Positions 1 to 9,384 of a stretch of 64,000 bases of DNA are shown here, piece by piece. Position 1 is the first letter of the stretch, and each line of letters starts with the position of its first letter. Location: positions 4,480,001 to 4,544,000 of the forward strand of contig OY761159.2 of NCBI GenBank assembly GCA_963664395.2. Reading direction: 5' to 3'. The notes beneath the pieces were generated by a model, which saw only the letters and a program-made list of their open reading frames with translations, ran no database searches and was not told the DNA's origin. Origin of the DNA: Candidatus Binatia bacterium (GTDB taxonomy: Bacteria > Desulfobacterota > Binatia > Bin18). A program made the translations under genes and the position numbers.

Positions 1-2379
1 GTGGACGATGGTCAATTGAAAGAAAGCGTAGAACTGAAGACTCTTCGTCAGACCATGGCCCGTATATATTCCCTCAGCGTCCTGACTCCAGAGGAAACGC
101 TAGCCCTGTCTATCAACCTGCACCGTGTGTGCAAAGCCAGTATCGACCGCGTGTGGGAAGACGAATCTTTGACTATCCAACAGGTAACAATGCAATCTGA
201 CTGGGTATGGCGTCATCTGATGAACGTAGATATTGGGAGTCACCAGCATATCGCACGGGATCGTTATACGGATCGGATGCGAGACCTGCTATCTCTGCGT
301 TTAGGAAACCTACTTTTACCCACGACTATCAGATCGCAAGATCGCCGTGCTCATTATACGCGTTGGCTCGAACGCTTCATCCTCGATCCTCTACGTCCCG
401 CCAATGCGGACTTAATCGAGAAGACACTGAAGGAGGTCTGCGATGGGATTTCAGCCCTTGAAAACGATCAAGAGATGTACGGAAGTCTTTTTTTGGAGCA
501 GTTGCCGAAGGCTGCTCGTAGGCTGGTCATCGCCCAAAATGTGGAGTTTGCGCACCGATGCGGTTTTGAAACAAACCTAGTCTTCTCGATAGGACCGGAT
601 ATCAAATTGGTCAATAGCAAACTGTTTGCGGCCGCGAGGGAAGTCTTCGCCACAAAGCAGGAGAGCGTCGTTCAAGATGTTGCCGGAAAGGATCTGTTGG
701 TCGATCTCCAGGGCGATGACCAGCATGTAGTTGTGAAATGGACTGACGACGAGGGAGTGACCCAGCAGGCCCAGGTACCAGACTGGGCTCTCCTCTCACC
801 AAACCAGGAAGTGCGGCGTGATGCGCTTGGGACGATCATCGACCGCCTTGGACCGACCGCGACAGATTTTCGCGAGCTTCTCAACACCATTGACTCGCGC
901 GAGCCCATCGACCAGGAGCTTGCCGCGATATTCGAGGAGTCTACAAACGGTGTAACGGCTGTTTACACTAGGCTGAGCCAGAAAATGGCCCAAAGGCTGC
1001 CTCTTGATGTCTCAGATCTTATCCCGCAATCCGTTTCCTATTTTAAACGATTTGTTGGTCCGAGCCCCGGCGCACGAGAACCTGAGCCTTATTTTCACGA
1101 CGTGCTCGTGCCCTACCGGAAAGCACTCTTGACCCGCGATGTTCGAGCTGGGTTCGATATCTGTTGCCTCGGTGCACTGCGCGACGACCTGACTCCTGGA
1201 CGATGGGTAACCGATCTTGACAATGATGCTGTGTGGGGCGCGCTTTCTTCATGTCATGCGACAAGTAACCCATTCTCGTTGCTCGGTGCACTCGACGTCG
1301 CACTGTATCGCCGGGAAGACGAACGTTTTCGCGAGTTCGCTGTAGAGGCCGTTGTCATGCTGTTAGACGAAGGAGTAGGGCGACAGGAGAGCCTTGATGT
1401 CTACAGCCTGCTTCAGATGCTCTCCGAATTCGTGCTCAATCGGCTCAATCTTTTGGAAAGTGGAGCTACGTATCCCGGCTACTGGAAGCGGATGGGCGCA
1501 TGGATGCAAGCAGGCATGATTGCCCGAGCTATGACGGAATCATCCTATTCGGTCAAGATCGGCGATTTTCAGCAGTGGCTCTACAGCAACATGGCCGCGG
1601 CCGGCGTGTATGCGGACTTCGTGCAGGCCAGACAGGAACCTATGCTTTTGGCGGGCCGCATCCTATTGCGGAATGAAATCCTCGGGCGGCTCCATGTCCT
1701 CAAATCACGCCATGAACGCGAAGGGCGCTACGTACCGAAGTCGCAAGACATTGACCAGATGCTTACACGGATCGATGAGCGTGGACAACCGTTTGTCTCA
1801 GGACTCCCTGGCCCGCTTGAAGGCCATATACGACCGACCGCCCCCGTTCCACAAGAAGTCACAGAGAAAATTGGAGACACATGGATAGACGGCGCTGAGC
1901 CGTCCGCTTTGCATCAACTTGTAACAATTTCTCAGTTTTTTGCTCTAGGCAAACCGGAACTGGACCGCGCACGGGAAGCCGTAAAGACGATAGGGGAGAC
2001 AAACGCCTCGACCGAGCCGCCTGAGAATCTGAGGCTTCTGGGATCAGCCAGTATCATCGCGGCGGCAAACCGCAACACGCCTTTGGCGGATGAAATCCTG
2101 GATGCGCTTGTCAGGATCGTTCCAAGATTGTCTACAGAAGAAGAAATTTCGATGATCCCGCAAATCATGCTGCAAACCGCAGCCTCGCATGAGGTGCACG
2201 ATGCGTGGTTCAAGTGGCTTGAGGAAGGATTGGCTCGTATTGCGACCGATTTGCCTCTGCCCCCGAATAAATCTCTGCAAGCATTCCTCGGCCCTCTCTG
2301 TGAGATAGAAAGAGTCTTGCCAATAGACTCCTGGTTTCATGTTCGTGCCAGAACTATTGCCCTGGTTGATGCTGCATGA
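1..2379 (+). CDS. C-terminal part of a very large hypothetical protein (5'-truncated by window edge), possibly defence/conflict-system associated
   Basis: Open frame of 792 codons from base 1; helical, no motif confidently recognised; lies next to a putative toxin pair. Confidence 0.6.
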   Translation: MDDGQLKESVELKTLRQTMARIYSLSVLTPEETLALSINLHRVCKASIDRVWEDESLTIQQVTMQSDWVWRHLMNVDIGSHQHIARDRYTDRMRDLLSLRLGNLLLPTTIRSQDRRAHYTRWLERFILDPLRPANADLIEKTLKEVCDGISALENDQEMYGSLFLEQLPKAARRLVIAQNVEFAHRCGFETNLVFSIGPDIKLVNSKLFAAAREVFATKQESVVQDVAGKDLLVDLQGDDQHVVVKWTDDEGVTQQAQVPDWALLSPNQEVRRDALGTIIDRLGPTATDFRELLNTIDSREPIDQELAAIFEESTNGVTAVYTRLSQKMAQRLPLDVSDLIPQSVSYFKRFVGPSPGAREPEPYFHDVLVPYRKALLTRDVRAGFDICCLGALRDDLTPGRWVTDLDNDAVWGALSSCHATSNPFSLLGALDVALYRREDERFREFAVEAVVMLLDEGVGRQESLDVYSLLQMLSEFVLNRLNLLESGATYPGYWKRMGAWMQAGMIARAMTESSYSVKIGDFQQWLYSNMAAAGVYADFVQARQEPMLLAGRILLRNEILGRLHVLKSRHEREGRYVPKSQDIDQMLTRIDERGQPFVSGLPGPLEGHIRPTAPVPQEVTEKIGDTWIDGAEPSALHQLVTISQFFALGKPELDRAREAVKTIGETNASTEPPENLRLLGSASIIAAANRNTPLADEILDALVRIVPRLSTEEEISMIPQIMLQTAASHEVHDAWFKWLEEGLARIATDLPLPPNKSLQAFLGPLCEIERVLPIDSWFHVRARTIALVDAA

Positions 2380-2426
2380 TTCACCACACGAAACAGGCGG
2401 TTCTCAAGGTGCCCACGGGCCTGCCT

Positions 2427-2870
2427 TTAGTCAGTCCTTCCGGGGTAAAGATGGGAGATGAGATCCTCGGCGATCAAGTCGCCGACAAGCATCGCCTCAT
2501 CACTATCCCCAGGCGGAAGACCAGTGATCTTAGCATGAGAGGGGTCGGCTTCATATTCGGCCGTGGGGGCCAAGGGCGCTTCAATAATACCAAGTTCTTC
2601 GACGGTTTCTGAGACGTGTCGCTTCGTCTCCCCCACATTGAGTTTTGCAAACCGCCCGTTCTTTGCCAGTTTGAGTCTGCTCAGCCGTCGGACTTCACTG
2701 AGCTGGCGAGCCTCGTCATCATATCCGAATGCTTCCAACCAGTTTACGGAGAGTCCGTTTTCATCTGGTCTCAGAAGAAACGCGCTTCCATCGACGGCTT
2801 CATCCTCAACAAGTGACGGCTTCACGTATCGAACGATATGGTAGTCGTCGGGGAGATTATCTCCAGTCAT
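2427..2870 (-). CDS. Hypothetical protein, possible ADP-ribosyltransferase/RES-like fold toxin
   Basis: 147 aa with HIVRY, AFxxRxxExGLSVNW and DPSHAxI motifs reminiscent of R-S-E ART-like small proteins; start overlaps upstream stop (ATGA). Confidence 0.5.
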   Translation of the reverse strand: MTGDNLPDDYHIVRYVKPSLVEDEAVDGSAFLLRPDENGLSVNWLEAFGYDDEARQLSEVRRLSRLKLAKNGRFAKLNVGETKRHVSETVEELGIIEAPLAPTAEYEADPSHAKITGLPPGDSDEAMLVGDLIAEDLISHLYPGRTD

Positions 2871-3466
2871 ATGTACAGGACGCTATTCAGATCGAACGCC
2901 TCAATCTGCCTCTTTAGGCCATCCAGTGTATCGCGTCCGCTTACTCTCGAAACAGGAGACTGAGGCTCTCGGCGTGTGAAAATGACATACTGGATTGACT
3001 GGTTGTTTATGAACTGAAGTCCGATGTGAGCCTCATTCTCACCTTTCCAAACTACGCGAAGATTGCCGTTTTCCATAAGGACAAGGCGGCCGCGTCTTAT
3101 CCACGGATTTTTTTTGAGGAACTCAAAAAAGGCATCTCTGGACGCGCGGGTGAGCGAATATCCATCAAGCTCTGCCTGCTCTTTCAGGACTTCGATGCGA
3201 CTCGCATAGGCGGAGTCTGTATCACGGATGTGTTGCGCTTTGGACTTGATCTCATGGTCATATGCTTCGGCGGGATCGAGCAGTAGAATCGATACCCCTT
3301 CCGGCTCGGAAGATTCTACCCCCTCGTCAGCTTGGAATATAAAGGCGGCTTCGTCTATCTGTCCTGCTGCTGGGGCAAGGTCAAACGGTACCGGGAATCT
3401 TTCAGGCTGCGGTATCTCCTGAAGAAAGGAACTCAGATCAATTGCGTCCGTATGAAATGCTGCCAT
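2867..3466 (-). CDS. Hypothetical protein, putative partner/antitoxin of the downstream gene
   Basis: 199 aa, acidic N-terminus, C-terminal LVLMENGNLRVVW...IGLQF domain; 4-bp overlap with 2427..2870. Confidence 0.55.
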   Translation of the reverse strand: MAAFHTDAIDLSSFLQEIPQPERFPVPFDLAPAAGQIDEAAFIFQADEGVESSEPEGVSILLLDPAEAYDHEIKSKAQHIRDTDSAYASRIEVLKEQAELDGYSLTRASRDAFFEFLKKNPWIRRGRLVLMENGNLRVVWKGENEAHIGLQFINNQSIQYVIFTRREPQSPVSRVSGRDTLDGLKRQIEAFDLNSVLYI

Positions 3467-3587
3467 GTCGTGCGCCCCCGTTCCTTTCTGCTAGCACATG
3501 AGCGAATGCCTCTTCTGTCCGTCGTTCATCGCCAAATGTATGGATCGAATTTGTCTATATCAAGAAAATCGACTCCCACATAATGCC

Positions 3588-4751
3588 CTACAGGTCTCGG
3601 TCCAACCCGCGCTTCACAATAATTTCTTTCATAATCTCTGCTGTCCCTCCGGCGATCGTGCTCTGACGGATGTCTCGGTAGAACCGTTCAATCGCAAACT
3701 CTTTCATATAGCCATAGCCGCCATGCAGTTGGACGCATTCATACGCGATCTTGTTGGCCACGTTACAGCTATACAGCTTTGCCATAGAGACTTCGGTACT
3801 ACAGTCACGCCCACTCGCCAGCACATCAGCCGCATAATACGTCAACTGGCGAGCGGCTTCCAGTTCAGTCGCCATATCAGCCAAGCGATGAGACACCACT
3901 TGATGGTCAAACACCCGTTTGCCAAACGTCTCCCGCTCACGCGTATATTTGAGCGTATCTTCCAGGGCTTGCTGGGTTGCACTCACGGCCATACTGGCCG
4001 CAATCAGGCGTTCGTCCTGAAAATTCTGCATAATATAATAAAAACCCTTGCCCTCTTCTCCCAGGAGATTGTGACGCGGGACGCGCATATCTTCAAAGAC
4101 CAACTCGCCGGTATCCGAACTATGACAGCCCATTTTGTCCAGCTTCTTAGCCAGACTGAATCCGGGGGTATCCCGCTCAACAAGAAACAGGGACACCCCA
4201 CGCGATTGGGCATCCTTGTCGGTTTTGGCGGCAAGGCAAAAGACATCGGCGTGGACAGAGTTGGTAATAAAAATCTTGGAGCCGTTGATGACGTAAGAGT
4301 CGCCATCTTTCACTGCCGTGGTCCGCAGGCTGGCAACGTCTGACCCGCCCGAGGGCTCAGTCACGCCTATGGCACAGACCGCCTCGCCCGTAATCATGGG
4401 TCGTAAGTATTTTTCTTTCTGATCCGGCGTGCCGTTGCGTGCGATATGGGTCGAAGACATATCGGTATGGACCAAAACACTCGTCGGTAAGCCCAAGGCG
4501 CGGCAGCGACACAACTCCTCACAAAAGACGAGCGTCATCCAGATATCTCCGGCACTGCCCCCATATTCTACGGGGTGGCGGATACCCAGAAACCCGAGTT
4601 CACCCATGCGTCGGTAGAGCGACTTGGGGAAAAGGGCCTCTTCTTCCCATTGGTCAATATAGGGACGGACTTCCTTGACTACAAAGTTACGAACCTGTTC
4701 GCGGAATATCTCATGATCTTCATTAAAAAAGCGTGACGGCGCAGTAAGCAT
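3588..4751 (-). CDS. Acyl-CoA dehydrogenase
   Basis: AIGVTEPSGGSDV, INGSKIFITN, QLHGGYGY and TIAGGTAEIMK motifs. Confidence 0.95.
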   Translation of the reverse strand: MLTAPSRFFNEDHEIFREQVRNFVVKEVRPYIDQWEEEALFPKSLYRRMGELGFLGIRHPVEYGGSAGDIWMTLVFCEELCRCRALGLPTSVLVHTDMSSTHIARNGTPDQKEKYLRPMITGEAVCAIGVTEPSGGSDVASLRTTAVKDGDSYVINGSKIFITNSVHADVFCLAAKTDKDAQSRGVSLFLVERDTPGFSLAKKLDKMGCHSSDTGELVFEDMRVPRHNLLGEEGKGFYYIMQNFQDERLIAASMAVSATQQALEDTLKYTRERETFGKRVFDHQVVSHRLADMATELEAARQLTYYAADVLASGRDCSTEVSMAKLYSCNVANKIAYECVQLHGGYGYMKEFAIERFYRDIRQSTIAGGTAEIMKEIIVKRGLDRDL

Positions 4752-4840
4752 TGGTATTCCTCGCCTCCTGTCATTCCATTTATTCCATGACAGCCCGAGC
4801 CTAAACGCTGAGTTTCAGGTGGTCAAGCCAAAGCGACGAA

Positions 4841-4881
4841 CGGCAAGAGCGGCAAGAGCGGCAAGAGCGGCAAGGGCGGCA
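4841..4881. repeat. Intergenic 9-bp tandem repeat (CGGCAAGAG)x~4.5
   Basis: CGGCAAGAG at 4841, 4850, 4859, variant CGGCAAGGG at 4868, partial at 4877. Confidence 0.9.
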
Positions 4882-4896
4882 CCGAGGAGGCAGATG

Positions 4897-4986
4897 AGAA
4901 AAGGCCCGTAGGGGTAAAGGAGGGGAAACCCTACGGGCCATAACGCTGTCCAGCCGGGGAGGGTTGGACAGCGAGTTGTTAACTGA
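4897..4986 (-). ncRNA. Candidate small RNA with two hairpins bearing C-rich (anti-Shine-Dalgarno-like) loops and a U-tail
   Basis: Stems 4903-4913/4929-4939 and 4944-4952/4965-4973; minus-strand loops UUUCCCCUCCUUUAC and ACCCUCCCCGGC; UUUU after the distal stem; extended -10 TGTTATAGT at 5000-4992. Confidence 0.45.
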
Positions 4987-5155
4987 CTCCTACTATAACA
5001 GAATCAGACCACATCGAAAGATAAGCTATCCTGAATTATTTGTAATTTATTTATTAGGACAACTAATTGTAGATTAAAACGCTCGGGTTTTACCGGATCG
5101 TGCTGGGAAAGCATGAGAGAGGAGAAAACACACCGCGGGCAGCTCTTAGAAGGCA

Positions 5156-6091
5156 TTACACGCCGACTTTGCTCCAGACCTTGAACTGGAGTCGGGCATA
5201 CCCGCGCTCTGTGGCCTCAAGATGTTGTGCGACTTCCTGGTGCAGGGCGGGCAGCCCATACCACGGGACCGCCGGCCAGGCATGGTGCTCGGCATGAAAG
5301 TTCATATTCCACAGCCACCAGCTGAAAAACGGCGCGGTCTGCATCGTGCGCGTTCGGGCCAGAATAGAGCCTTCGTTCGGCAATCCCGTATGCTCGGTGG
5401 TCACCCATATGGCTTGAAACATATGGCTGAGAAGACCCGCAAAAAATACCCAGCCCATACCCGCGGGACCGATACAGGCAGCAATAATCAGCCCGACCCA
5501 AAAGAGGGCGATCAGGCCCGATTGCCAGGCCAGTGTGGGACGTTGGTCAAGCGGTGCCCAAGGCGCGAAAGGCTCCCATTTCTCATAGGCCAGAAGAGGA
5601 AATCGCACCAAAGGGCCTATTTTGAAGAGCAGAATGCCCCAGCCGCTAATCATGAGCAGCCAATTTTTCCATTGGGTCGGCCAGGACACCGGTTGCCCAC
5701 CCAAAAACAACAGCTCAGGGTCCTTGTCGACATCTTGGGTGTAGCGATGATGATCAAAGTGGAACGCCCGGTACACAGCCGGGGCCATCCCAAAGGGAAA
5801 GCCGCTGAGCCACGCGCCCAGAGAGTTCAGCCAGGCGGACTTAAAGGCGGTTTGATGCGTACACTCATGAAAGGGAGCGAACAACGAAGCCCACATCCCA
5901 CTCAGAACAATCGAGAGCAGCCCTGCCGCCAAGTGAGAATACGGCGTGACGAGCAGCACGCCATACGCACACAGCAGGAAAGCGGACAGATGCAGGCTCA
6001 GCCGGATAATAGACGGCCAGTCCTGGCGCTGCTGAAGGGTGCGCAGCAGGGTGCGGTCAAGTAACGAACGGTGTTCAAAGGCTTCGTTCAC
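5156..6091 (-). CDS. Membrane fatty acid desaturase family protein
   Basis: Three His boxes HECTH, HFDHH, HAEHH plus hydrophobic segments. Confidence 0.9.
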   Translation of the reverse strand: MNEAFEHRSLLDRTLLRTLQQRQDWPSIIRLSLHLSAFLLCAYGVLLVTPYSHLAAGLLSIVLSGMWASLFAPFHECTHQTAFKSAWLNSLGAWLSGFPFGMAPAVYRAFHFDHHRYTQDVDKDPELLFLGGQPVSWPTQWKNWLLMISGWGILLFKIGPLVRFPLLAYEKWEPFAPWAPLDQRPTLAWQSGLIALFWVGLIIAACIGPAGMGWVFFAGLLSHMFQAIWVTTEHTGLPNEGSILARTRTMQTAPFFSWWLWNMNFHAEHHAWPAVPWYGLPALHQEVAQHLEATERGYARLQFKVWSKVGV

Positions 6092-6137
6092 ACCGCCACG
6101 CTACAACCAGCATCCGTAAACGTCAAGGAAAAATACC

Positions 6138-6893
6138 TCACACCAGATAGCCGCCGTTCGGGCTCAGCACCTGCCCGGTCACATAGGCGGCATCGTCTGA
6201 GGCCAGATACAAATGGGCCGCGGCGATGTCTCCGGGTTTGCCCATCTGGCGCATGGGAATACGACGGATAAAGAAATCAACAACTTTCTCGGAGGCAGGT
6301 CCCGTGCCTTGTTTGACCATGGGTGTTTCAATCAATCCAGGGGCAACCGCGTTCACCGTAATGCCTGACCGCGCATACTCCAGGGCTAACGAGCGCGTAA
6401 AACCAATAATGGCTGCCTTTGCCGCAGCGTAGTGCGCGTTTTGCGGACCGCCGGTCATGCCGGCAACAGAGGCGGTGTTAATCACCCTCCCCCACTTTGC
6501 TTCTATCATATCCCCGATCACGGCCCGCGTGCACAGAAAGGTGCCCTTCATGTGGACATCGATCATGCGCTGCCACTCTTCAGGCATGATATCGAGCAGA
6601 TCCTTGATCTGGGCAATCCCGGCGTTGTTCACAAGAATATGGATTGGTCCATATTCGCTCCTGGCCTGATCAACCAGAGCGTTGACGGCCTGGCGCTGGG
6701 TCACATCGGCCTGAAGACCTATGGCCGGAGAAGCGTTGGTTTGATTGATCTCGGCAGCGACTGCCGCTGCGCGACGCTGGCTGATGTCAGCCACAACGAC
6801 GTGCGCGCCCTCCTGAGCAAAGAGCTGAGCGGTTGCCTGGCCCAGGCCCGACCCGGCACCGGTTATCAGCGCGGTTTTTCCTGACAGTCGCAT
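6138..6893 (-). CDS. SDR family oxidoreductase (FabG-like)
   Basis: TGAGSGLG, NNAG, YAAAK motifs. Confidence 0.95.
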   Translation of the reverse strand: MRLSGKTALITGAGSGLGQATAQLFAQEGAHVVVADISQRRAAAVAAEINQTNASPAIGLQADVTQRQAVNALVDQARSEYGPIHILVNNAGIAQIKDLLDIMPEEWQRMIDVHMKGTFLCTRAVIGDMIEAKWGRVINTASVAGMTGGPQNAHYAAAKAAIIGFTRSLALEYARSGITVNAVAPGLIETPMVKQGTGPASEKVVDFFIRRIPMRQMGKPGDIAAAHLYLASDDAAYVTGQVLSPNGGYLV

Positions 6894-6894
6894 A

Positions 6895-7659
6895 TTAACA
6901 CCACTTCATATATGAGCCGCCGTTCGGACTGAGAATCTGACCCGTCATGAATCCGGCTTCCTCCGAGGCCAAATAGGCGACGGCATGGGCGATGTCCTCG
7001 GGTTGTCCCAGTTTGCGCATCGGAATGGTCTTGGTCATATTCTTGACCCAGCGCTCAGGACTCTGACGGACCATCGGGGTATCGATCACACCGGGGGCAA
7101 CCGCGTTGACCGTAATGCCCGTTCGCGCCAGCTCACTTGCCATGGCAACCGTGAGCCCGGCAATGCCGGCCTTGGCCGCACAGTAATGAGCCAGACGGAC
7201 CCCTCCGGTAAAGGCACCCATAGAGGACGTACTGATCAACCGTCCCCAACCGGCGGTTTTCATCCCAGGTAAGACCGCGCGAAAGCAGTGATACGTCCCA
7301 TTGAGATGAACGTCGAACATATGGTCCCAGTCCTCCTCTGTCATGTCCACAAACGCGACCTGGGTTCCAATACCGGCGTTGCTGAACAGAATATCAATCG
7401 CGCCCAACTCCTGGCCTGCCTGCATCGCCGCCGTTTCAACCGCATGCAGGTCTGCCACATCGACCCGAAGCGCGAGCGCCCTGCGGCCGCATTCTGTGAC
7501 GGCTTGGGCCGTTTCCTCAGCCCCGGCCAGGTTGATATCAGTCACCACGATATCGGCGCCGCCTTTGGCTAAGACCTGCGCAGTCGCGCGCCCGATACCC
7601 GACCCGGCACCGGTTATCAACGCGACCCTTCCTACCACACCTGCCACGTCAGGCCTCAC
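6895..7659 (-). CDS. SDR family oxidoreductase (FabG-like)
   Basis: TGAGSGIG, SNAG, YCAAK motifs. Confidence 0.95.
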   Translation of the reverse strand: MRPDVAGVVGRVALITGAGSGIGRATAQVLAKGGADIVVTDINLAGAEETAQAVTECGRRALALRVDVADLHAVETAAMQAGQELGAIDILFSNAGIGTQVAFVDMTEEDWDHMFDVHLNGTYHCFRAVLPGMKTAGWGRLISTSSMGAFTGGVRLAHYCAAKAGIAGLTVAMASELARTGITVNAVAPGVIDTPMVRQSPERWVKNMTKTIPMRKLGQPEDIAHAVAYLASEEAGFMTGQILSPNGGSYMKWC

Positions 7660-8134
7660 TTCCTACGGTTTCAACCTGGCGGACAGGTGTTTCTTCTGCC
7701 ATAAGCTCGCCCAAGCGTTTGCGAATCTCGGCCGCCTCTATCTCCTTGAAGGCAATGCCTAAATTGCCTTGGTCGTCAACCGAAAATCGGGCGTTTTTAT
7801 CCAGTTCCAGCGCCAGGCGGGAGATAATCGCATTGCGAGTAAGATGGTCCAAGGCAGCCCGCTCAAGCTCGCTCGCGCAGACCCCGAGCAGCTTGTCCAC
7901 CACGCCCTTGTGCTTTTCGATATAGAACATGGAGTGCCCGATGACACACTGGCCGTACTGGAGCGTGGTATACGTCCGGTCGGCCCGGTCTTCTTCAAAA
8001 ATTCGCTTTGGCGGGGTAGGAAATGCTTCGATATGAGAGCGGACCCACACATCCTCGGGATCAGGCTCTGCTTCACAGAACATGAGATTGATGTGCTGCA
8101 TGCCGTCGGGTTTGGGATAGATTTCGATCAGCAT
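7649..8134 (-). CDS. Hypothetical protein
   Basis: 161-aa ORF with GGAGAGG RBS, embedded in a same-strand operon. Confidence 0.7.
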   Translation of the reverse strand: MLIEIYPKPDGMQHINLMFCEAEPDPEDVWVRSHIEAFPTPPKRIFEEDRADRTYTTLQYGQCVIGHSMFYIEKHKGVVDKLLGVCASELERAALDHLTRNAIISRLALELDKNARFSVDDQGNLGIAFKEIEAAEIRKRLGELMAEETPVRQVETVGSEA

Positions 8135-8184
8135 CAGACCTCTCCTCTGAGCATGCCTCGATACGAAGAGGCGGCGTGGCTGCG

Positions 8185-8562
8185 TTAGGCTTCCGTCCTC
8201 AACTCGACGACATTGCCATCCGGGTCGCGGACAAAAACCACCGGGGCCAAACCAAGATTCGGCGGCGGAGCAAATTCCTGGAACTTCACCCGTCTCTTCT
8301 TGAGGACGCGCTTGGCCTCTTCAAGGTCTTCGACCTGGACTGCGATGTGCGTGCCGATGCCCGGCATATCATTGGCCATCGCGTTGCGCTGGCCAATGAT
8401 ATGCACTTGGGTTCCGTCCACTTCATACCAAATCCCGGGAATACCCTTGATGTTGGGCCGCTCAATCTCGTCAAAGCCTAGAATGTCTCCATAAAATCTC
8501 CGTGCCTTTCTCACATCTGAGACCGGGACTCCGGTATGGCGGATCGATTTCGCCTTAATCAT
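8185..8562 (-). CDS. VOC/glyoxalase family protein
   Basis: HTGVPVSD..ARRFYGDILG, HIAVQVED, FVRDPDGNVVEL. Confidence 0.93.
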   Translation of the reverse strand: MIKAKSIRHTGVPVSDVRKARRFYGDILGFDEIERPNIKGIPGIWYEVDGTQVHIIGQRNAMANDMPGIGTHIAVQVEDLEEAKRVLKKRRVKFQEFAPPPNLGLAPVVFVRDPDGNVVELRTEA

Positions 8563-8579
8563 TGTCCCCTCCTTTCGGG

Positions 8580-9362
8580 TTACTCCAACAAAAAATTCGA
8601 CACGGCTTCGACAAAAGCGTCCTGTTCCTCCAGCATAATCATATGGCCCGAACTCTCAAAGTGGACCAAACGCGAGCCGGGAATAGCGAGCTGAAACGCT
8701 TCTCCGTAGACCGGTGGAATGAGCTTATCGGAGTTACCCCACAGCAACAGGGTTGGCAGGTGCAGGCGATGGATACGTTTCTTGAGCCCTTTGTCAGGAA
8801 TCGGCCACAGGAATTTCCCGGTTGAGGCCAGGCATTTGTACATCTCAAGCTGGGCTTCAGGGTCTTGCAACTGTTCGGTGAACATCCGGCTCATGGGACC
8901 GCTGGGATCATGAAACACATGTTCAACCATCTGCTGCGGGTTGAAAAGAAAGAAATCCGGAATGGGATTGTCCTCAAGCCAGAGTCCTGCCGGGCATACC
9001 AGTACGAGTCGATTAATCCGGTACGGTGCGAGCGCGGCCATCTCTGCGGCCAACATGCCGCCCAGCGAGTGGCCCATGATATGCGGGCTCTCGATCTGCA
9101 ACTCGTCGAGAAAATCGTGGTAGTACAGGGCGAAGTCAATCACGTCGTCAATGTGCTCAATACCTGTTCCAGCTCCAAAGCCGGGATGGGCCGGAGCGTA
9201 GACGGTAAAATTTTGGGCGAGTGCCTCAAGAAACGGGGCACCAACCATAGGCCCACCAGCGCCGTGCAGGAACAGCAGCGGCTCACCGCTGCCCCCCCAC
9301 TGCATTGAGGTGGTGAATTTTCCATTCCGAATAGCAACCTTTACTTCTTGCATTCCAAACAA
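8580..9362 (-). CDS. Alpha/beta fold hydrolase
   Basis: FLHGAGG, GHSLGG nucleophile elbow, C-terminal SGH. Confidence 0.93.
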   Translation of the reverse strand: MFGMQEVKVAIRNGKFTTSMQWGGSGEPLLFLHGAGGPMVGAPFLEALAQNFTVYAPAHPGFGAGTGIEHIDDVIDFALYYHDFLDELQIESPHIMGHSLGGMLAAEMAALAPYRINRLVLVCPAGLWLEDNPIPDFFLFNPQQMVEHVFHDPSGPMSRMFTEQLQDPEAQLEMYKCLASTGKFLWPIPDKGLKKRIHRLHLPTLLLWGNSDKLIPPVYGEAFQLAIPGSRLVHFESSGHMIMLEEQDAFVEAVSNFLLE

Positions 9363-9384
9363 TCTCCCTTCAAGTGTCAGCCCC

